Part shown: in pieces, positions 24,998 to 39,875 of the stretch
How the letters are laid out: each line of letters begins with the position of its first letter
How positions within the stretch are numbered: the first letter of the stretch is position 1
Source of the DNA: Eledone cirrhosa
Lineage: Eukaryota
Assembly: GCA_964016885.1 (NCBI GenBank)
Contig: OZ024741.1
Location: 394,258,001-394,322,000 of the forward strand
DNA: 64,000 bases
Reading direction: 5' to 3'
Position numbers and translations under genes: made by a program
Notes under the pieces: generated by a model
Database searches by the model: none
What the model was told of the DNA's origin: nothing
The model's input: the letters and a program-made list of their open reading frames with translations, nothing else

Positions 24998-26521
24998 CTC
25001 ACCGCCCTAGTAATAATGACAGCAATAATAGCAGTAATACTGATGATAATAATTCTATTAGCAAGATGAAGTATGTTACGTGTAGGGGAGGGGGATAGTT
25101 AGAATCTATTCAGACGTGGTTTGTATTTTAGAATAAATATATTTTATTTATGTATTCGTGTACACCGGTATAATGAGGAAACCTGCAATCTGGGGGACTT
25201 GTATATTGGCATCTACGGTTTCGAAATGAATCGTGTATTGAAGCAGGGACCACTTGGGTTCTTTTAGAGGGGTTATTTTGTCTAAAAGCTCTGTCACTAT
25301 AACTTTGGTGAGTGTAGGTTTAACGTTTTGGTACTGGTTTTGTTGATCGTGATTGTGGTTTAGGAATTTTAACTTTTTTCAGAAATGGGTGATCAGTATG
25401 GTGTTCGTTTTTTTAACTTCGTAATGGCTGAACCAAACATCATGCTTTTCCTGTCGCTGAAGAGATGTAAGTTCTTCATTCTCACAACCTTTTCGTCAAG
25501 GTTTGGTGGTATGTTCGTAGAGTTGGCCTTCAGAATGTTTAGTTGTTCGTCGAAGGATTTAAAGTTTTACTCGCTGAAGTTGGCGCTTAGCCTTAATAAT
25601 TCTATCTCCATTTTGAATTTTTCTAAAGCAATTTTTTCACGAAGTTTTTGTTGGTTTTCAGGTTCATTCTAGATAGGCTTCATTTGAAGTTTTTGTGGGG
25701 CGGGTGATCGGGTTAGAAGTGAGCCACCTTTCATATATCTGCTTAGAAAATTCCAAAAGGTTAATTTGCGGGTTGTAGGATAATGAGTCAATATACGGCT
25801 CAGAGTGTTTTTCACTGAGTGGGTTTGTCATTGTAGATTTATTTCTGCTGGTTTTAAGCTTTGTTCTGACTTTTGAAGCATTGCCGTCTCGATTGTTTTG
25901 CATTAGTGTTTGAATAATGACCGTTTAATAAACACTCTCTCCTTCTTCATGGGGTTGTGTATTTCATCAATTTTGTTGGTCACGATTCAGGGTTAGGGGG
26001 ATATCTCTTTTAGTTCCTTTAGAATATCTTGCTTTAATGTGTTGTCGTGTTGGTTAGACTTTGGTGGCATATTCGGTCCTCATGTGGTAGGTGTGTATTT
26101 GAAAGTAAGGTTTTTTTAAATATATCCTACACGGGTAAAAATACAGGAAAGAGAAGTTGAAAATGCAATTTGAGTCTTTAAGAAGGTTTATTTACAATAG
26201 TATATAACTTTACCGGTTTCACAAGTTTCATGATTTTCGAAAGTTAAGAGAGGTGGAGACATGTGTGGCTATGCCGACTTGTAACTCGCATGTAACTGAT
26301 GTTGGGAATTTCTTTCAGTTTTATGCAAAATAGTGTGACTCAAATTGCTGTACGTTTGAAGTACAATTTGATAGGTTGAGGAAGATCACGTGATAAGGCA
26401 TCAACTCTTTTGTAATGTTGCGCCAAAACTCGGGAGTGCCGTGGTTCTTTCAGGTTTAAAGAAAATATATTTGTGCACCCGGCTACTTACTGAACCATAA
26501 CAAACCAACGCACACACGTAC

Positions 26522-27680
<1,159 letters not shown>

Positions 27681-27722
27681 TAATGATAGTTCGACGTGAC
27701 ATGATATATATATATATATATA

Positions 27723-28840
<1,118 letters not shown>

Positions 28841-28841
<1 letters not shown>

Positions 28842-28951
28842 ATAGGGATATTTCAACCAACCACGTGCGTAAGACCGCACTCACCTATTGACTCGTACAA
28901 GTTGTAAAAGTGATCGGTCTTACGCACGTGGTTGGTCGAAATATCCCTATT
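28841..28951. repeat. Short inverted repeat (37-bp arms) at (TA)n
   Basis: AATAGGGATATTTCAACCAACCACGTGCGTAAGACCG / CGGTCTTACGCACGTGGTTGGTCGAAATATCCCTATT. Confidence 0.85.
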
Positions 28952-29393
28952 TCGAATTCTAACCAGCGCGCTAATTCTATATCACTATAATTGCCTTTTG
29001 GCATTTAATGTCCGGAAAGGTTCTTGGCACTATCATTGTTTACTGTCACACCATATACGCCATGGTATTTGGAGACTAGAGCCGAATGCTGCCATTCTAT
29101 TTTACAGCGATTCGAGACATATTTTCTCTAATAACCGATTTTTTCACTCACTTGTTAATTTGTGTTGTCTTGAGATATGTTCGTGAGTCCTTATGGAGGG
29201 GAGGAATGAATAGAATTTCGACTCCTACCATCACGTAAATTTCTGAACCAGTGGCCAATCGATTGACGGTATTTTGAAGACTCGTAGGGATTTCAGTTAC
29301 AAATGGATTACTGTGTCGCTTGTCACATCCACGGCCATAGGCAGCACAGACTGGAATCGAATTCTGTCATCAATTGGTTATTGATTAGGCGAG

Positions 29394-29506
29394 ACTCACT
29401 GATGAAACCACATGCGCCGATTGTGCATTGTTGCACAATAAATTCAGACAATAGATGGTGTACGCTCTCTTGCTGCATTAAGTGTGGCCGAAACTCGAGT
29501 ACGGGT
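29394..29506 (+). ncRNA. Type-I hammerhead with very long stem II, slightly decayed
   Basis: ACTCA-CTGATGA-AACCACA[~70 nt]TGTGGCC-GAAA-CTCGAG-TA|CGGGT; palindromic stem III. Confidence 0.6.
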
Positions 29507-29649
29507 ATAGTTTTATTTTACCCATTTACGTGTTGAAGCAACTAACTTTGAGTCTACTCTGGGATTTTTACATAACCTTACTTATCGAGTACACTGAGAG
29601 GCAACCGGTACTAGCAGGGAAACTTATGCTAGTCCCGTCAACTTCTTAT

Positions 29650-29773
<124 letters not shown>

Positions 29774-29849
29774 CAAATAACGAAACGAAATTAAATTTCG
29801 TTTCGTTTGTAACTCAGTTTTGTATGACTGAAAGGCCGGAGGATAGGTA

Positions 29850-29894
29850 AATATTGCTGATGAGATGTAACAACATCGAAACTAGTCCACTATT
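29850..29894 (+). ncRNA. Minimal type-I hammerhead ribozyme
   Basis: AATATTG-CTGATGA-GATGT AACA ACATC-GAAA-CTAG-TC|CACTATT; same loop II (AACA) and stem III (CTAG) as 3684. Confidence 0.87.
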
Positions 29895-30108
29895 CCTGTC
29901 TGGCTTTCTGGAGAATAGAGGAAAGGTGTTTCCTCGAAAACCAGTATGACTCTAAAAACCGGTTTGTCTGTGTGTTTACATACAGAATAGCTGAACACTC
30001 ACAGTAAAGTGTCCAGTGAAAAGCTCGGTACATCTACATATGTACACGTGTGTGTATTCATATGCATACTAGTATTTCAGTATACATATGTGGATGTACA
30101 TTTTTAAC

Positions 30109-30144
<36 letters not shown>

Positions 30145-30275
30145 TCAGGTCTTATATTGATTTCCTGGGGTTATTTTAATGTTACATGATTGCATTATTT
30201 ATCGAAACGTACGCAGAAAATGATATGATTTGAAGTATCATCTTTGTTATATATATATATATATATACTACAAGA

Positions 30276-30515
30276 ATAAAGGAGCAAAGATTCAGTGTTG
30301 CATCATAACATATTTAATAACATATTACATATGTTTCACTATCGATCAGCTCGAGGAACAACCTATTATTGACCGAACCTGACTCTGTAATCGAAAGATC
30401 ATCAGATATGGTTTCGGTCAATAATAGGTTGTTCCTCTAGCTGATCGATAGTGAAACATATGTAATATGTAATTAAATATGTTATGATGCAACACTGAAT
30501 CTTTGTTCCTTTATT
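30276..30515. repeat. Inverted repeat (about 100-bp arms) of a hammerhead-bearing repeat
   Basis: 30276-30377 versus 30413-30515; family related to the 9578 palindrome. Confidence 0.88.
30321..30410 (-). ncRNA. Type-I hammerhead with long stem II (homolog of 9727)
   Basis: Minus strand: CATAT-CTGATGA-TCT..AGAGTCAGG..CCTCGAGCTGATCGATAGT-GAAA-CATATG-TA|ATATG. Confidence 0.75.
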
Positions 30516-31247
30516 GTTATCGTATTATACTTCTCTCTGCGCGAGCATCGAGTGTTCATCCGGCGTACCACCTACGGACGCAATTTTTCTTGCATCCATA
30601 CACCTATATACAACATTTAAAATCCAAGGCCAATGCTACCATTTAATCGGCACTTTACTCCCCCAGCCTAATAAGGAAGTTTTATGATTGCTTTTTTTAT
30701 GTCTCGCTCTTTCTCTCTCACACACACACATTACGGTCTCACCTCATACTGTAAACCAGACAACACATCCAATAAAGTCGTTTTCTCTTTTATCTGTCTT
30801 CTCTTAACTGTTCTGTCCTGGCGAAAAAAGAATTCTTTTTCGCCTGCTTTCTAGCTAGCCTAATTTCATACACACTCCTTAGAATTTGCTGTATAGAATT
30901 CACTTTCAACGCTTGACCGGCTCCACCAACTCCCTCATTGTTCTACAGGCAAGTTCAGCCACCCGCACCTCCCACCCACCGCCATGAAAGATTTAACTAC
31001 AATCTTCCCATAGTTCGGCTATTTATTACCAGTCTCTGTTTATTGTCATCATCTTTCTTCTTGCCTTAATATTTCTGTTTCCCGTCTCAGGTTCTGTTCA
31101 CTTTCAGAAAGTTGTGATCATCTTTCTTGTCTTATTCTTTCTGTTTTCCGTCTTATATTCTGCTGAATGTCACAATGTTGACTTGTCTCTTTATTCCCAA
31201 GTCTTTTTTTATATTGTTCGTGAGTTTCTCTTTCGCTCGAAGATTTC

Positions 31248-31286
<39 letters not shown>

Positions 31287-32177
31287 TACACACACACACA
31301 CACCCCGATAGATGAGTGGTGTTTTGATGAGATGATGAAATTAATTTTCTTGAAAAATATCGTGAAAAAAAAACAATACAAAGCAATATAAAAAAAAGAA
31401 AGAAATTCAAATAGCAGCCTTAGAGAATAGGTTGACACTCTGTCATCTGAATTAGGTCAATAATAACATGACACTATCCTCAAAAAACTAAATTAATATA
31501 CACCATAGATTAATTTCAAATAGTGTCCATTTTTTCTGTTCCGTAAAATCAAAGACTGGTGTAAAATGACTTTATAAAAGCTAACACAATATTGTTAAAC
31601 ATTCAATTGATACTTTGATCTATAGTTTAAAACGATTTTAGACTTTTGTGGGACGTCTCTCTCTCTAAATATCTAACACTTTAATAGTATCTCTCTGTAT
31701 AACGGCCTATCTCTCTCTCTCTGCCTCTCCCTCTGTGTGTCTCTCTCTCTTTTGATGTATGTATACGTGTGTGTGTGTGTGTGTGCGTGTGTGTGTGTGT
31801 AGTTTTCGTGTGATTAAACCAACCAACCAATAAACATTACTCTTTTATATTACATATATAGATTTTCTATACATACATATTTGTGTGTGTTTGTGTGCGT
31901 TATCGGATGTTGAGTAACCCGGGTCGTGTATGCAACACTTCAATCAGTACACAATGATACAGAGATGAAGCGGCTCTACCTCGAACGACTCTCTGATCTC
32001 CGAGCTACGCATCCTATTGGAGTAACGTTACTCCAAAGACCCTTCGAAGGAACCCCATTTCAGCCGCTTGTATTGGCGATCTTTCGATCATTTCCCAAGA
32101 AAGGTAACGAATTTGACTTTTACACATATCTCCCTTTTTCTGGTGACTGAGGGCTGAAGCTAAAACATTATAACACG

Positions 32178-32390
32178 CTTTGGATTGTCAGTATCGGTAG
32201 AGCGTCGGACACCATGCTTTGCAACATAAAATTATGGCCCTTTACGGTCTGAGTTCAAATCCCACCGAGGTTAGCTTTACATCCAACGGAGTCGATAAAA
32301 TAAAGTGCCACTCTTGCACTGGCGTTGATTTAATTTCCTCTCCCCCCCAAAAAAAATTGTTGGCCTTGTGCCTAAATCAGAAACCATTAT
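32178..32390 (+). mobile_element. MetaSINE-like element
   Basis: GGATTGTCAGTATCGG..GAGTTCAAATCC..GTCGATAAAATAAAGT..CCTTGTGCCTAAATCAGAAACCATTAT. Confidence 0.8.
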
Positions 32391-32391
32391 A

Positions 32392-32800
32392 ACACGCACT
32401 CCAGCAATTTTTGCATTTAATTCAGCATCCTGCAATCTATCACTCGTACAAACGGCCCCAAGATATTTGAACCTCTCCACCACTTTCAGTAGAACTCCAC
32501 TCACATTCAAAGAGCATCGAGCAAACTTTCTCGAGAGAACAAATATCTCAGTCCTAACAACAGTGATTTTCATTCCTGGCATGCAGCACTCCGCAGAAAA
32601 TCTATCCAATGCATGTTGTAGATCAACCTCCGATGAGTTAAGTAGTACCATTCCTTCTGCAAATATCATACGATTGATCCTACACCAGCTCGTTTTGATA
32701 CTACTTCCAGCCCGCTCACGCATGATAATCCTGCTCATAAAGGTTATGAAGAGATGAAGTGAAAATATGCACCTTTGGTGAAGTCTGACACAAATATTGA
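32392..32800 (-). mobile_element. Old RTE-like RT remnant
   Basis: IFAEGMVLL..LQHALDRF..GMKI..VERFKYLG in ORF 32277-32738. Confidence 0.7.
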
Positions 32801-33495
32801 TTAATTTCTATTTAGCACCAAAGAAACTCATCTGAATATAACATCATGAATATAGCAAACTGTCATATTTCCCTTTAAACCAGCAAATAATTTATTCTGG
32901 CAAACCACCCACCGAATTTTAAAATAGTCACCGTCCACATATGCTATCGGGAACTCGCCTGGAGTTCTGTCTAAAGAGAGATGGGTCCTTGCAATGTGGA
33001 GAGAATACCCTGCTGAGCTAAATAAGGTTACAACATGTACATGAGGAGTATCAAGGGCGAAGACAAACCTCTCGGAGGTTGTGGTCACCAAAGTAATTAA
33101 AACGTTCAAATGTGACAAGCAACGGGGGAGGATGAAGTTCGACCTGAAATGTTAAAAGCCTTATAGAGAGAATATGCTCTCACTGACTCCTGTATGCCAG
33201 GTGCCTGGATCACAGGAAAGGCAGCAAAGCAATCTGGAGTGATAATCTTAATTTTCACTTAATCCTGTGTTTTTAATTAATAATTCACATGAATTAAATT
33301 GATAATATATAATTGTGAATTATACTATTCACATTAAGTGCATATGTGTTGCAAAGTGCACGAGACTCTGGACTGGTATTATTCAAGAGAAATGTTATAT
33401 TGTATCTTCATTAAGGACAGTTCTTCTACATCTACTACATCTACAATTACTTTCCGATCGGCGCAACGCAGAATATTCTGGTAGTTTGATATATA

Positions 33496-33565
<70 letters not shown>

Positions 33566-33568
<3 letters not shown>

Positions 33569-35860
33569 AGTGCTTGGTTACAGAACTCCAGGATGATTTC
33601 ATCAAAATCACACCTCTTCATCGCCTCTGATGCCACTCCATCTTCTCCATCGGCCTTGCCCTCCTTGATCTTCTTGGCTTTCTGAAGCTCCTCTCTGGCA
33701 AAAGACCCTGTCTCAATATCCAGTTTCTGAAACAACTGCCTGATCTCCCCAGTGTTCTGGGCTGTGGGGGGCTGCTCTCCTAGTAGGGTCCTAAAATGGT
33801 CTAGCCATTTCCTCTTCCTATCCTCGGGCCCTGTTCCCTGGATCTGACTCTAACCCTTTCTCTTCCTCTCTGTGATCTCGTTGATGATCATCCAGCTCTC
33901 TTTACACCTAGACCTGTCAACAGCTCTCTCTACACTTCTGATCTTCTCCATCAGTGCCTCCTCTCTGGCCTCAGTATAAGTGGTACAGAGTTCTTCCCTC
34001 ATCACCTCCACATTCTCCTTCCTCTCCTCCGTAGGATCAGCATAGAATTGGTCCTTGGCAGCTTTCAGGTGTTCTCTGGCTGCACACATTTTTGGGTCTG
34101 CAGAGCTGAAGTTCTTCCTCTTCTTCCCTCTCCTCGGCACCAGGGTCGGACTTGCTTCTGCCACTGCATTGGTGAAGTACCCGTACCTCCTCGTCTCACT
34201 CTCCTCAGTCCCTCCAATCTCTCTCTCCTCTGACTCTCCACACAGAGCACTGAACCTGTTCATCACTTCTACTGTGAACCTCTCCTGTAGCTTATCATCT
34301 TCCTTGAAAGCACCCCAGTCATAGATTGCTCTCCGGGGCTGAACCTTGCTCTTTCTTAAGCTCACCCGGACCTCACTCATAACAAGCCGGTGGTCACTAC
34401 CCATTGTACTGAAATAATTGTATGGTTCTGTGCTCAGAACACTATTCCACCACTTCTGCTTCACCAGAATAAAATCAATCTGGGACTTGGACAGGTGCAT
34501 ATCATAGATATAGGTTCACATCTTACCCGGATTCTCCCTAAACCTTAGGTTGGTTGCCATCAAGTTCGTCTCTTGCAGGGTGTCCCTCAATAGTCTCCCA
34601 TTTCGGTTGGAAGTTATGGAAGTACCAGCAAGGATCTTCACTGCTCTCCTTACTTAGATGTGCATTGAAGTCACCCAGAACAAGCAGGATGTTATGAGCT
34701 GGTGTGGTGTTGACAGCTCTACACACCTCCTCATTGAACTCCTCTGCACTCACATCACTGTCTCCCTTGGTTGGACTATAGGCTGAGATGACTGCCAGCC
34801 TTAGGGTTCCATTGAAGGTCACTCCAACACTCGCGAGGAGACAGGTATTATTACAGAACGGCTTCAGAGAGGGAAGATCAACCATCAGTCACATCCTGAT
34901 GCTGAGGAGGATAAAGAGCCTTCCTGCTGTCATTGTTTTCATCGACTTTAGGAAGGACTTTGATTCTGTGGACTGACAGTACCTGATGAAGATCTTATAG
35001 GCTTATGGACCAAGAAAATAGTGGACCTGATATCACTGCTCTACACCAACACCAGAGCCCAAGACATTACACCTGACGGGATGACGGAGTTCTTTGAGAT
35101 ACATACTGGCTGGAGTGCTCCAGGGAGATACATTGGCTCCCTACCTTTTTATCATCGCAGTGGACTATTGTATGTGCCTTGAGCTGGGGAAACACCAGGA
35201 CTCTGGCTTTACTGTAACACCGGCTCAGAGCAGGAGAGTTAAGATTAAAAAGATATCAGATGCTGAATTTGCTGACAATATACTTCTAGTGACAAACACA
35301 GTGAATGGTGCAGTGGAGTTGATGCAGCAGGGGAAGACTGAGTCGATGAATGTGGGGCTAAGAAAGAATAAAATTAAGATGAAATATCTGGTAGAGAACA
35401 TTAAGAAGCCAGAGAAGATTATGAATGTAGGCAGGAAGCCGCTAGAGTCGCTTGAGGACTTCCTGTGTCCGGGAGCAAAGATTGGGAACACAGAGGATGA
35501 TGTGGTTGAGAGGGAGAGCAAAGCCTGGGCGGCGTGCCATAGATTGAGATCAGTGTGGAAGTCGAACCTTCGTAAAGACCTGAAGATCCGTACGGGAGCA
35601 TCCCAAAAGACAGCTCGAAAGTAACACAGAGGAGATTGAGGTTAGCTGGACATGCTCACCGACATTCAGAGTTGACACTGCATTCAGTGCTCCTTTGGAA
35701 GGCCCTACACGGACACACTAGAAGAGGCAGACTGAAGTTGACATATGTTGATGCCCTAAAGATAGACACTGGTCTCTGGGAGACGCAGGGCATGGCGGCC
35801 ATGATGAAGAACAGAGACCACTGGAGAGAACTCGTCCATGGATCTCGGAGATTTTACCCA
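33566..35860. mobile_element. RTE-type LINE with inverted 5' part (APE on minus 33566-34810; RT to 3' end on plus 34830-35860)
   Basis: ISAYSPT, LGDFNAH, QIDFIL, GSDHRL on minus; QNGFREGRST, FIDFRKDFDSV, GVLQGDTLAP, FADNI, RLAGH on plus; (TA)n flanks. Confidence 0.88.
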
Positions 35861-35879
35861 GATATATATATATATATGT

Positions 35880-36430
35880 CGTTTCTGAATTTGTTTAGCA
35901 AGATTCTTTATCTGAAATCGTGTGTTGAAACCGATATTGTTATACTTTGGGAGGGTCATGTTGCCAATAAGAAACACACGCACCAGTTGCTTTCACTCCA
36001 ATTTATTATAAATTAAATTTATAAATTTCCGGTTGGTTGGTTGATTCCATAACCGGACGGTTGTTCATATATTGTCAAAGTTCTTTCGTCACACATTCTG
36101 TGACCTCTTCAGTGACTTGGGATTCTTTTCTTTGTTTTGTGCCTCTCCTTTGTTCTGTCCTATGCCATCTTGTTTTTGTGTGTGTTGTGTACTTAGTTTG
36201 CGCATGTCTTACATCCGGGTGTCTGTGTGTGTTTTTATATATATATGGTACCAGGAAAAAGCTAGGCAGGAAGATGTGGATAGATGAAGAATGTATTGTC
36301 ATTTATCTTTAACATATCTTTCTGTACAATTACGTAACTGTCTACACCCGCTGATTATATTATAGTAAGTTCATTCGTATGCATTACATGTCTGTGATTG
36401 CACTTCATCTGAAAAAGAATTAACATGGAA
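35880..36430 (-). mobile_element. Penelope pLTR-like non-coding repeat (other copies near 7380-7800 and 38051-38271)
   Basis: 35881-36020 nearly identical to 38051-38185; carries the hammerhead at 36074. Confidence 0.6.
36074..36116 (-). ncRNA. Type-I hammerhead variant with an extra nucleotide before stem II
   Basis: Minus strand: GTCA-CTGAAGA-G-GTCACA GAATG TGTGAC-GAAA-GAAC-TT|TGAC. Confidence 0.68.
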
Positions 36431-36538
36431 AATCATACACACACACTCACATTTATAAACATACAGTATTTCTTTAGAAATACGAAATTCCAATCCCCAT
36501 ATCTGTTACTGCTACGCTCGAAGCTAAATTCTAATTCT

Positions 36539-36581
<43 letters not shown>

Positions 36582-36649
36582 ATATATACACAAGCGCGCG
36601 CACATACACACACACATATATATATATATATGTAATAGAATTAGAATTT

Positions 36650-36980
<331 letters not shown>

Positions 36981-37528
36981 TGATATATATATATGTGTGT
37001 GTGTGTGTATATATGCATATGCGTATGTATATATGTATGTGTATGTATATATGTATGCATATATGTGCATGTATATATGTATGTATATATGTGCATGTAT
37101 ATATATATATATCGATACGCTATAACTTATTATATTCTATTTGTTCCTCGGTTACTCACTTGCATGTTCCCTTGTCCTGTGTCCCCCCACTATCTGGTCT
37201 GTTTATCTGTTTCTTTCTCTTTCTTCCTCTCTCCTCACTACCTTTCTCCCTTTTTTCTTCTTTTATCTTTTCTTTCCCTCCTGGCCTTTTGATTGAGAAA
37301 AGGCCTTGGGCGCGCCGTTGATCGCTTTTAGATGTCTTATATTAAGCGCCGAAAGATCTTGATCTCGGTTTTACAGCTGATGAAGGATTTCTTTTCTTCT
37401 CTTGTTTCGTCCATACTATTATCTTAAACTATATATATATAGGTAAGTTATTCCGGGTTGAATCGGAAGTAACCACAGTAAGTAAGGTACTCAATACATA
37501 GCAGAGTATAAAAGTTTTAATATAGATG

Positions 37529-37579
37529 AGATTCTACAGGACTAGAACTGTTTCATTCTTTAGAAATCATCAGGAATCT
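37529..37579 (-). ncRNA. Type-I hammerhead ribozyme (inverted copy)
   Basis: Reverse complement of 37963-38013. Confidence 0.85.
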
Positions 37580-37962
37580 GGCTTTCCAAAAGTAAATGTA
37601 GTGGTATTTATATCTTTTCAGGTGGTAGGAGAGGGTGGGGAGTGGGATGGGTGGAGGTCATTAGTTGAAAGAAAAGGGAATTCATTAAAAGCTAATTCTT
37701 TAAGTCTATAGTTTATATTTAGAGTGACAAAGGCAGAAAGGATTCTATAAACAGGTTCAGAATGGGGTGCCACTCCTTATTTTTAAGTTTCTCTTAAGCT
37801 AACAATGCCTATATTTCACTCAAAATATAAACTATAGACTTAAAGAATTAGCTTTTAATGAATTCCCTTTCTTTCAACCAATGACCTCCACCCATCCCAC
37901 TCCCCACCCTCTCCTACCACCTGAAAAGATATAACTACCACTACATTTATTTTTGGAAAGCC

Positions 37963-38013
37963 AGATTCCTGATGATTTCTAAAGAATGAAACAGTTCTAG
38001 TCCTGTAGAATCT
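37963..38013 (+). ncRNA. Type-I hammerhead ribozyme
   Basis: AGATTC-CTGATGA-TTTCT AA AGAAT-GAAA-CAG TTCTAGTC CTG-TA|GAATCT; all three stems, GUA triplet. Confidence 0.87.
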
Positions 38014-38015
38014 CA

Positions 38016-38047
<32 letters not shown>

Positions 38048-38103
38048 TTAGTTTCTGAATTTGTTTAGCAAGATTCTTTATCTGAAAACGTGTGTTGAAA
38101 CCG

Positions 38104-38271
38104 ATATTGTTATACTTTGGGAGGGTCATGTTGCCAATAAGAAACACACGCACCAGTTGCTTTCACTCCAATTTCTTAAATTTATAATTTGATTTATAAT
38201 AAATTGGAGTGAAACCAACTGGTGCCTGTGTTTCTTATTGGCAACATGACCCTCCCAAAGTATAACAATAT
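38104..38271. repeat. Inverted repeat (about 70-bp arms) of the 35880 family
   Basis: ATATTGTTATACTTTGGGAGGGTCATGTTGCC... / ...GGCAACATGACCCTCCCAAAGTATAACAATAT. Confidence 0.88.
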
Positions 38272-38394
38272 ATATATGTATATATATATATATATATATA
38301 TACATTATATATATTGGACGGATAGGTGTCCTCATCTTGTTTTGTTGTTAACACAACGTTTCGGCTGATGTACTCTCCAGCCTCAAAAATATAG

Positions 38395-38444
<50 letters not shown>

Positions 38445-38671
38445 GTGCATGTGTATGTATCTGGGCGGCGACATAGAAATAATCGGGCTGGATACCCGAT
38501 CGCGCAGTTAAACCACTGTGAATGAAGGACCCCTAGCCTTCGTTAAGCCATTCTTCTAGGACAAAGGCTCTCAACCCATTTTACTCCTTGAAATCACGAA
38601 ACGCCCCCTATCGTATTTTTCCATTTTTCAATATACTACTGATTTTGATATCAGTAGATTACTGGGCCAAA

Positions 38672-39438
38672 TCAAGTTATGTTTTTGCCAAATGGGTGTA
38701 TTTGTTCTTGGGGACCAGTAATGTTTGTGCTAATGTCAACCATTCTGGTATAAGTGTATCTCCCTTAAGAACTTGTTGGTAGAGGTCGGTAAGATACCTC
38801 CGATATAATATCAGTTTTTTGTACCAGTAGCCGACAATCATGTCTCTTCCTGGTGTTTTCTTATCTTGGAGTTTTCCTATCACAGACACAAGGGTACCCT
38901 CAGTTATTTCATATGTTTCTGTTGTAGTGTAGGAACAATAGTTCTTTTGGATTTCTTTAGCCACACTGCATCTTGGTTGAAATTCTTCTTTTCACCCCAT
39001 ATTTTTTCTCCAATGTCTTTCTGGGATGGGGCCTCAGTGACACTTATTATTTTGCCCTTCATATCTCTATAGACTGATGTTTGGTTTCGTTTGAATCATT
39101 TATTAAGTCCTTTTCTTTCTTCTACCTTCTTAAGGTATCGGCGTTTTTCGCTGACAGCTCTCAATATCGTCTCTATTTTATTTTTCACTCTTTGTTGGTG
39201 AGGAGTGAAGTTTTTTGTGTTGGTTTGCATGTAAGGAGCATTGTCACATATCCTATCGTTTTTCGTAGGTCACCAATCTTTTTTTTCTATTTTAGTTATA
39301 TACTAGCAGAATGGCCCGGCGTTGCTCGGGATTTGCTCTAGGGTTCTTATATATTTGATATATATTTATCCTTATCGAGCCTCGTGAAACAAATTTATTT
39401 TGTTATTGTCTATACAAAAATATCTGTACACGAATATA

Positions 39439-39500
<62 letters not shown>

Positions 39501-39617
39501 TAATAGATTAAAGTTTAAGCAAAGAATCGCTGCTTTCACCCTTAACCGGATCTTCTGAAACTAAAAAAAAAATCAATCTGTGAACGCAGAAGTAAATATT
39601 TCGAAAAACGTTACACA

Positions 39618-39674
<57 letters not shown>

Positions 39675-39811
39675 AATATATTGTATATTTACTCCACTAA
39701 ACTGTTGAGTGCTTTATATCAGTTATAAAACTGTTTAAGCTTGTTGAATCCCAACAAATTAAATATAACCTCTGCATATATATATATATATATACACACA
39801 CACTATATATA

Positions 39812-39875
<64 letters not shown>

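Larger units (their letters stand above)
37519..38023. repeat. Inverted repeat (about 209-bp arms, about 87-bp spacer) with a hammerhead in each arm
   Basis: 37519-37727 versus 37815-38023, few mismatches. Confidence 0.92.

Noticed and set aside
37376-37420. Hammerhead at CTGATGA 37376
   Set aside because: No downstream GAAA/NUH or stem I partner; at most a truncated remnant.
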